Below, piece by piece: positions 57,665 through 64,000 of a DNA stretch of 64,000 nucleotides; the first letter of the stretch is position 1; each line of letters begins with the position of its first letter. The DNA is from Candidatus Omnitrophota bacterium. Lineage in GTDB: Bacteria > Omnitrophota > Gorgyraeia > Duberdicusellales > 4484-171. The stretch spans positions 70,160 through 134,159 of the forward strand of contig JBAWWL010000008.1 in the NCBI GenBank assembly GCA_037146775.1, given 5' to 3'. Under the pieces are notes generated by a model. The model was given only the letters and a program-made list of their open reading frames with translations. It had not been told where the DNA came from and did no database searches. A program made the position numbers and the translations under genes.

Positions 57665-58233
57665 TAAAACAAGAACTTATTGATTTTGAAGACGAAATAG
57701 CCGAGTTGTTCAAGGCTAAAAAAATAAAATGCCCTATTCACTTAAGCGGGGGTAATGAAGACGAACTTATAAGTATTTTTAAGAACATATCGCCAAAGGA
57801 TTATGTATTTTCTACTCACAGGAACCATTACCATTATCTACTTCATACCGGGGCAGCGGAAAGATTGAAGAAACAGATACTATCTGGTGACAGTATGCAC
57901 ACCTGCGACCCAGAGCATAATTTCTATTCTTCATCTATTGTGTCTGGGTGCGTGGCAATTGCCTGTGGGGTGGCGTTGGCGTTGAAGATGAAGAAAAGCA
58001 AACAAAAGGTTTGGTGCTTTGTCGGTGATGCCGGTACTGATGAGGGTTGGTTTTGGGAGGCATTAAGGTATTCGGCAGGCTTGCCGATAACTTTTGTGGT
58101 AGAAGATAACAATAGATCAGTTTTTGCCACCAACAAGCAACGTTGGGGGGGTATGAAGAAAGTTAATATTATTGCTTATAAATATAAATGCGGTTGGCCG
58201 CACGTCGGTTGTGGTGAATGGGTAACATTTTGA
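57661..58233 (+). CDS. short TPP-dependent dehydrogenase E1 alpha-like subunit
   Basis: HLS.G.E, STHRNH, GDA...EG...E......FVVEDN TPP-binding motif. Confidence 0.85.
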   Translation: MIKQELIDFEDEIAELFKAKKIKCPIHLSGGNEDELISIFKNISPKDYVFSTHRNHYHYLLHTGAAERLKKQILSGDSMHTCDPEHNFYSSSIVSGCVAIACGVALALKMKKSKQKVWCFVGDAGTDEGWFWEALRYSAGLPITFVVEDNNRSVFATNKQRWGGMKKVNIIAYKYKCGWPHVGCGEWVTF

Positions 58234-58733
58234 AATATAAAGATTATCTTCACAATACTATGTTGCGGTTAGCCAAAGACTATAGGGTTCGTTTCTTAGG
58301 GTACAACACAAGATATGGGCATAAATTTAACGGAACGCTGGAAGGGTGCGAGGGATCTTGCTTGGAAATGCCAGTAGCGGAGAACCTTATTTTAGGCGTA
58401 GCCATGGGTATGGCTCTTGAGGGCTACAGGCTGATTGTTTGTATAGAACGAATGGACTTTCTCTGGGCTTGCGCGGATGCTCTGATTAACCACTTAGATA
58501 AAACTATAGAGTTGGGTTGGCCTGCGTTAGACATAATCATCCGGACGTGCGTGGGTGGGATTAGCCCGCTGGATCCAGGTTGCCAGCATAAGGGCGATTA
58601 TTATGATGTTTTCAAGGGATTGATGAAAGAAGTTTTTGTTACTACCTCTTGGAGTAAAGCGTTAAAACATAAAGGCGCGGTCATGGTTGTTGAGTGGAGA
58701 AATGATTATGAAAAAGATTATACTCCCCGATAG
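58218..58733 (+). CDS. E1 beta / transketolase pyrimidine-binding domain protein
   Basis: EMPVAEN...G.A.G.AL.G, DF...A.D..INH, G.QH. Confidence 0.85.
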   Translation: MGNILKYKDYLHNTMLRLAKDYRVRFLGYNTRYGHKFNGTLEGCEGSCLEMPVAENLILGVAMGMALEGYRLIVCIERMDFLWACADALINHLDKTIELGWPALDIIIRTCVGGISPLDPGCQHKGDYYDVFKGLMKEVFVTTSWSKALKHKGAVMVVEWRNDYEKDYTPR

Positions 58734-59532
58734 TTATAGCTATATCGGTGCTTTCTTAACTCTTAGGTGCGGATTGGGTTGTTCTTATTGCCTTAATCAT
58801 TATGACGTTTCGGGAAAGTTTGACGAGATGAGTACCGAGGATTGGATTACCGGACTTTCTCGGATAGAAACAAGGGAAGATTTTCCTATAACTCTGCAGG
58901 GCGGCGAGCCTACGGTTCATAAAGGATTTTATGATATAGCCAGTAGTCTTCATTCATTGAATCAATGCATGGATTTGCTTACCAACGGAATGTTCGATGT
59001 AAAAGAATTTCAGCAACGGTTAAGGGCTACAACTTTTTTCAGAGAAGCCAAGTATGCCTCTATAAGATTCTCTTTCCACGAATCAACGGTTGGTATTGCC
59101 TTGGCTATGAAAGTTTGGACGTTAAAAAATAACGGCTATCAGGTGGGAATATGGGGGTTGGGTGATACGGAAAGAAATAAAATCATGGCTGTGTTATGCA
59201 AACAACTTAACATTGATTTCAGGTTAAAAGAATTTTTGTCTGAGGACCTTGGAACATATAAATATCCCGAAGCCCATACTAAGAAATTCAAGAAGACGGT
59301 GATGTGCAAGCCAAGAGAGTTTCTTGTCGGGCCTTCCGGGCATATCTTCCGTTGTCATGCTGACCTATACGCTAACCGTAACCCTATAGCGCATATTCTT
59401 GATGAGAGTATTGAGTTTAAAGATTCATTCCCCTGTGATAATTACGGGCATTGTAACCCTTGTGATGTGAAGTTAAAGACCAATAGATTCCAGGAGTTTG
59501 GATATTGTTCTGTGTTAATCAAAGAACTATAA
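58702..59532 (+). CDS. radical SAM protein
   Basis: CGLGCSYC, GGEPT.H, TNG; C-terminal Cys cluster. Confidence 0.85.
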   Translation: MIMKKIILPDSYSYIGAFLTLRCGLGCSYCLNHYDVSGKFDEMSTEDWITGLSRIETREDFPITLQGGEPTVHKGFYDIASSLHSLNQCMDLLTNGMFDVKEFQQRLRATTFFREAKYASIRFSFHESTVGIALAMKVWTLKNNGYQVGIWGLGDTERNKIMAVLCKQLNIDFRLKEFLSEDLGTYKYPEAHTKKFKKTVMCKPREFLVGPSGHIFRCHADLYANRNPIAHILDESIEFKDSFPCDNYGHCNPCDVKLKTNRFQEFGYCSVLIKEL

Positions 59533-59547
59533 GGTCGGAGGTAAAAC

Positions 59548-59802
59548 ATGAATAAGGATAACGAAAAAAATGATACAGATAAAGACAATAAAGAACAACA
59601 ACAACAAATGCAACAAATGTTTAACGAAATAACTTCTTATGCTATTAGACTTTACGATTTGATGCAACACGGTATGACTATTGAGTTAACTTTTCCTGAT
59701 CCAAACGGTATTGTAATACCTAACCAGCCACCTAAGTTACGCCGTCTTCTTATTACTAAACCTAAACTACACGTAAGTATTCAGGTGCCAAATAAATGTT
59801 AA
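59548..59802 (+). CDS. phage hypothetical protein
   Basis: GGAGG RBS, operon context. Confidence 0.6.
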   Translation: MNKDNEKNDTDKDNKEQQQQMQQMFNEITSYAIRLYDLMQHGMTIELTFPDPNGIVIPNQPPKLRRLLITKPKLHVSIQVPNKC

Positions 59803-59963
59803 ACATATTTAAACAAATAAAAAGAAAAAGAAGTATTAATAAGATAAAGAATGCAGTTGAGATATTGGGTACGTTAGATCAAACATTAAAGAGTATTGGA
59901 TATAGTAGACAAGTTCTCCGGCGGATGTTCTTAGCAATGAGCAAGAACACAAATGAAGTATAA
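59796..59963 (+). CDS. 55-aa basic hypothetical protein (not in the ORF track)
   Basis: Open frame overlapping the previous stop. Confidence 0.4.
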   Translation: MLNIFKQIKRKRSINKIKNAVEILGTLDQTLKSIGYSRQVLRRMFLAMSKNTNEV

Positions 59964-59988
59964 AAATATTACAAGATATTTTATGCGC

Positions 59989-60035
59989 GGGTCCTTCCTA
60001 GGGGGTATGCCGTGCGCGGGTCGGGCGACGCGCGG
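59989..60035 (+). other. putative cos (cosQ/cosN) packaging site
   Basis: GGGTCCT (lambda cosQ) about 23 bp before GGGTCGGGCGACGCGCGG, resembling lambda GGGCGGCGACCTCGCGG; GC-rich patch upstream of the terminase genes. Confidence 0.6.
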
Positions 60036-60130
60036 ACGAAGTTTGCATTTGATTTTGTTTTTTGGGTTTTCCTGTTCCTAAAATGAGAAATAGTAAAAAT
60101 CTAATTATGCCCTATAGATAAGCGTTTTTT

Positions 60131-61429
60131 ATGATTAACATTAATATAAAACCGGAAATAAAGGAAATCTATTTAAAGAATATTTTTCCTAATCCTGCCA
60201 ATCCGCGTGATATCACCGAAGAAGCCATGGCGGGACTACAAAAAAGCCTTGAGCAATTTGGTTACGTGGATTTACTTATTGTCAATAAACGTAATATGCA
60301 ACTTATTGCTGGCCACCAACGTTTAAAAATATTCAAAGAAAATGGTATCAAGCGCGTTCCTTGTATTTTGGTTGATATTAACGATATGCGTCAGCAGACA
60401 ATGGCTATAACTTTGAATAATCAGCAAATTGTAGGTTTTTGGACAGCGGCATTAATTCCCATTTTAGAAAAAATACGTCAAGAAATACCAGACGATTATA
60501 TTAACTTAAGGATAGAAGCTCTCCGCGAAGAAGTTGAAGAACTTGAGAAAGAAAGTTTAGGTACTGGAAAAACATTACCAGATGATATACCGCCTATTCC
60601 TAAGAAGGCTGTCACTAAGGCAGGGGATCTATGGATATTAGGACAGCATCGGATTTTGTGCGGGAGTAGCACTAATAAAGATCACGTTGCGCATTTGATG
60701 GATGGACGTAAGGCGCGATTGTTGGCTACAGATCCACCATATCTGGTTGATTATACTGGTGACGATAGACCCAAATCCGGAAAAGACTGGTCTGATGTAT
60801 ATCACGAAATCGATATCCCCGATGCGTATATATTTTATAAAGACTTCCTGTCGATTGCGCTTAAACATATTAATAATAATTCAGCAATTTATATGTGGCA
60901 TGCATCTAAACGCATTGACGTAATCCAAAAAGTATTTATTGAATTAAAAATTTTAATCCATCAGATAATTATTTGGGTTAAACCTTGTGCAATATTGACA
61001 TTCTCAATATATCCATGGAGACATGAGCCATGCATATTTGGCTGGTTGCAAGGCAATAAGCCAAAAATTAAAGCTACAGCAAACAAAACCGGAACAGTAT
61101 GGACAATAGGATTAATGCGCACAGGAGATCCAGCAAGCCCGGAATATTATACTGACATCTGGGAAATTGATTGGGAGGGAAAGAAGAGAAGCCCGGGTAA
61201 AGATCATCCCACAATCAAGCCTACCGAAGTCTTTGCAATTCCTATGCGCGTTCATACAAACCCGGGAGATATCTGCTATGAGCCTTTTAGTGGGTCCGGA
61301 TCGCAAATAATAGCAGCTGAACGATTAAACCGTAGATGCTTTGCTATGGAGATAGAACCGATCTTTGTAGATGTGGCGGTAAAGCGCTGGGAAGAGTTCA
61401 CAGGTAAAAAAGCTAAATTAGAAAAATAA
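60131..61429 (+). CDS. ParB-N domain + N6A/N4C DNA methyltransferase
   Basis: P.NPR...AGHQR; TDPPY, HPT.KP, EPFSGSGS. Confidence 0.9.
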   Translation: MININIKPEIKEIYLKNIFPNPANPRDITEEAMAGLQKSLEQFGYVDLLIVNKRNMQLIAGHQRLKIFKENGIKRVPCILVDINDMRQQTMAITLNNQQIVGFWTAALIPILEKIRQEIPDDYINLRIEALREEVEELEKESLGTGKTLPDDIPPIPKKAVTKAGDLWILGQHRILCGSSTNKDHVAHLMDGRKARLLATDPPYLVDYTGDDRPKSGKDWSDVYHEIDIPDAYIFYKDFLSIALKHINNNSAIYMWHASKRIDVIQKVFIELKILIHQIIIWVKPCAILTFSIYPWRHEPCIFGWLQGNKPKIKATANKTGTVWTIGLMRTGDPASPEYYTDIWEIDWEGKKRSPGKDHPTIKPTEVFAIPMRVHTNPGDICYEPFSGSGSQIIAAERLNRRCFAMEIEPIFVDVAVKRWEEFTGKKAKLEK

Positions 61430-61605
61430 TATTAATAAATAGGAAAAATTAAAAGAACCAGTATGAAAGTAATTACGGCCGGGATCGCCGCGTAAACGGC
61501 GACCCAACCCACATGATATCAGCATGTAGGCTTTATGCGACCGAGGGAAGCTAAATGAATGATATTCTACCGAATAGTTAGCATATTTGTCAACATCGAT
61601 ACTAT

Positions 61606-62232
61606 GTGGGTACTATGTCTGAGGGAAATAGCAAAATACCGGGGATACTGGAAGTGGCAAATAAAAAACGTCATCTTTTCTTATTGCAAAAACTTCATGA
61701 AGGAAAATCTCTGTCTAGATCAGAAATAAAAGAATTAGAAAAGTTTGAAGGAAAAAATCCTAAACCGGGAATAATCACTACCCAAGAAAAGCTCGCCCAA
61801 ATTTTCGGGGTATCCAACCGAACTATCCGCTACTGGGAAAAAGAAGGTTTGCCGAAGACATCTGAAGGTTTCTACAATATCGCTGATGTTCAGGAATGGA
61901 GATTTTGTAATGATAAACGCCGCAAAAATATCCCCAAGAAAAAAGAAGATGAGTATGAATCACAGTTTAGGAAATTCAAAGCTTTATTAGCCGAGATAGA
62001 ATGGAAAGAAAAAACAAAACAACTTATTCCCATAGGTGATGTAGAAAAAGATAATGTTCAAAAAATCATAGCGATTAAAACAAAATTTTTATCTTTACCC
62101 CGCACAATAGCCCCTCAGCTAGTAGGTTTAGAAGTACAGAAGATAGAAAGTATTTTAAGGATAAGAATAGAGGAGATTGTAAATGATTTTGCAAGCGGAA
62201 AGATTACCCACACTAAGAAAAAGACAAAATAA
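61606..62232 (+). CDS. terminase small subunit (Nu1-like)
   Basis: LA.IFGVS.RTI..W...G.P HTH plus C-terminal helices, directly before the large subunit. Confidence 0.8.
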   Translation: MGTMSEGNSKIPGILEVANKKRHLFLLQKLHEGKSLSRSEIKELEKFEGKNPKPGIITTQEKLAQIFGVSNRTIRYWEKEGLPKTSEGFYNIADVQEWRFCNDKRRKNIPKKKEDEYESQFRKFKALLAEIEWKEKTKQLIPIGDVEKDNVQKIIAIKTKFLSLPRTIAPQLVGLEVQKIESILRIRIEEIVNDFASGKITHTKKKTK

Positions 62233-64000
62233 AATTAATTGGACAGCTGCTGAGTTAAGAGCCTGGCAACTCCCAAAGAAGATAAACGTATCTCAATGGG
62301 CGGATGAAAACCGTATTCTTGATTCACGTACGTCTTCCGAGCCCGGCCGGTGGCGGACAGAGCGCACACCCTACCTACAAGGCATTATGGATGCATTTAC
62401 CGATCCCTTGATTGAATCTATCACGATTAAAGCGAGTACGCAGGTAGGTAAAACCGAAACAATATTAAACATGCTTGGCTATACTATCGATCAGGATCCG
62501 GCCCCAACGCTTTTCGTTGGCCCGCGCAAAGATGATGCCAAGATGATTTCGAGCGACAGGATAAAGCCTATGATTGAATTATCACAGGCCCTTTCGAATC
62601 ATTTAACCGATTACGATGATGATGTAACTCAATTTGTTGTAAATCTCGATAAGATGATTTTGTATTTAGCCTGGGCAAATTCGCCGGCTGCGTTATCAAG
62701 TAAACCTATCAGGTATCTTTTTCTTGATGAGGTAAATAAATATCCACCGTTTTCCGGTAAGGAAGCCGATCCGATTAAGTTAGCTACTGAAAGAACGAGA
62801 ACATTTTGGAATCGCAAGATAGTAAAAGTATCTACACCGACAACGGAAGACGGGTATATTTCGCGCGAATACGAACAGTCAGACAAAAGTAAGTTCTACG
62901 TTCCCTGTCCTCATTGCGGTAAATATCAAATTATGACCTGGGCCCAGGTTAAATTTCCTCCTGAAGAAAGAAATCCGGAAATCATAAAATTAAAAAGGCT
63001 TGCATGGTACGAATGCGAAGAATGCCGGGGAGTTATCACCGATACCATGAAACAAAAAATAATGTTAAAGGGTAAATGGCTTCCTGAAGGTTGCAGTATC
63101 GATAAAGAAGGAAATACCAAAGGCAATTTGAACAGTTCTTCTCATAGAGGGTTTTGGATTAATGCCTTGTATTCGCCATGGCTTACTTTTGCCGAAATAG
63201 TCGCAGAATGGTTAGATTCGCAAGATCGCCCGGAGCTTTTAATGAATTTTATCAATTCGTGGTTAGCTGAGGAATGGAAGGAAAAAATAGAAGAACGCAA
63301 ACCAGAGATGTTAAAAAAACTTGCTCTTGAGTATGAAGCCGGAAAAGTTCCTGAAGGTGCAATAGTGTTAGTTGCTGGCGTAGATGTACAGAAAGATCAT
63401 TTTATTTATACCATACGCGGCTTTGGGGTTGGGTATGAAAACTGGCTGATTAAGGCTGCCTATGTAGAAACTTGGGAAGAAATCATCGCACAAATAATTA
63501 ATGGTTTCTTTCCGTCAGAAATAAAAGGTTTACCGGATTTTCAGGTAAGTTTAGCAAATATAGATACCGGGCATAGGACTGATGAAGTTTATCAAATGTG
63601 CAGAGAGTTTGGGGGCATATTGCGCCCGATAAAAGGCAGCGATAATTTACGCGGATTGTTGTATAAACTTTCAACGATAGATAAATACCCTAACGGAAGA
63701 GTAATCCCGGGTGGGCTTAAACTATACCATATCGATACAAATATGTTTAAGGACAAGCTGGCCAGGCTTATCAACATCGAAGGAGAAAATAAAAAATGGC
63801 ATTTACATCGCGAGCCTTCTGAAACATATCTTAAGCAGATGTGTTCTGAAGGAAAGATATTAGAAAGAGGAAAAAATCCGAGGCAACGCAGGGAAGTTTG
63901 GAAAACTCTTTCTTTGCATACGCCTAACCATTTTTGGGATGCAGAAGTATACGCCCTTGCCGCCGCGGAAATGCTTAGGGTATATGCGTTACGCGCAGAA
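62183..64000 (+). CDS. terminase large subunit, lambda gpA family (runs off the window; absent from the ORF track)
   Basis: Translated by hand: SQWADENR...EPGRW...RTPY, STQVGKTE, DEV, STPT, CPHCG, GVDVQ, IDTG, NHFWDAEVYA. Confidence 0.92.
   Translation, partial: MILQAERLPTLRKRQNKINWTAAELRAWQLPKKINVSQWADENRILDSRTSSEPGRWRTERTPYLQGIMDAFTDPLIESITIKASTQVGKTETILNMLGYTIDQDPAPTLFVGPRKDDAKMISSDRIKPMIELSQALSNHLTDYDDDVTQFVVNLDKMILYLAWANSPAALSSKPIRYLFLDEVNKYPPFSGKEADPIKLATERTRTFWNRKIVKVSTPTTEDGYISREYEQSDKSKFYVPCPHCGKYQIMTWAQVKFPPEERNPEIIKLKRLAWYECEECRGVITDTMKQKIMLKGKWLPEGCSIDKEGNTKGNLNSSSHRGFWINALYSPWLTFAEIVAEWLDSQDRPELLMNFINSWLAEEWKEKIEERKPEMLKKLALEYEAGKVPEGAIVLVAGVDVQKDHFIYTIRGFGVGYENWLIKAAYVETWEEIIAQIINGFFPSEIKGLPDFQVSLANIDTGHRTDEVYQMCREFGGILRPIKGSDNLRGLLYKLSTIDKYPNGRVIPGGLKLYHIDTNMFKDKLARLINIEGENKKWHLHREPSETYLKQMCSEGKILERGKNPRQRREVWKTLSLHTPNHFWDAEVYALAAAEMLRVYALRAE

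Larger units (their letters stand above)
40339..64000. mobile_element. lambdoid prophage (left part; continues beyond the window)
   Basis: tRNA att, tyrosine integrase, CI/Cro, xis-like HTH, replication initiator, RusA-like, cos-like site, Nu1/gpA terminase. Confidence 0.93.

Noticed and set aside
57661-58733. Pyruvate dehydrogenase auxiliary metabolic genes (pdhA/pdhB)
   Set aside because: The subunits are too short, E2/E3 are absent, and the context is sugar modification, so no gene symbols were assigned.
58702-59532. queE / 7-deazaguanine DNA modification pathway
   Set aside because: No folE, queC, queD or dpdA-like genes are recognisable in the window.

Overview
Bacterial chromosomal window in four parts. 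The host is probably an anaerobe of the Omnitrophota/PVC type, which is an impression from gene content and not demonstrated. (1) 1-12.9 kb holds housekeeping genes: dapL-like aminotransferase end, folK, panC, nadX, uvrA, a TPR/ExbB/ExbD module, lgt, nadE, eno and ftsB. (2) 13-26.2 kb is an AT-rich island at an initiator tRNA-Met. It has a duplicated tRNA 3' half carrying a 53-bp double-hairpin insert in its T-loop, and a co-oriented array of about 20 small membrane/secreted genes punctuated by three families of short protein-coding repeats (A = MKxQTKKIIARE, 9 copies; B = IIWAVRTLKQKDxGKDI plus RBS, 7 copies; C = PKVKEQFK, 5 copies) that bracket unrelated passenger genes like cassette borders. 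(3) 26.3-40.1 kb holds ordinary host genes: RNA methyltransferase, GT17, AMMECR1, a two-component cluster, a K+ channel and an ABC exporter. (4) 40.3 kb to the end is the left part of a lambdoid prophage inserted in the anticodon loop of a tRNA-Arg(ACG). It carries an NYN nuclease, integrase, CI/Cro switch, a replication initiator with iterons, a large glycosyltransferase/radical-SAM/TPP-enzyme cluster, a complete diversity-generating retroelement (DUF1566 target VR, avd, TR, RT; 15/15 TR-VR mismatches at TR adenines), a cos-like site, a DNA methylase and a Nu1/gpA-type terminase. All protein calls come from motif recognition by eye; no database searches were run.
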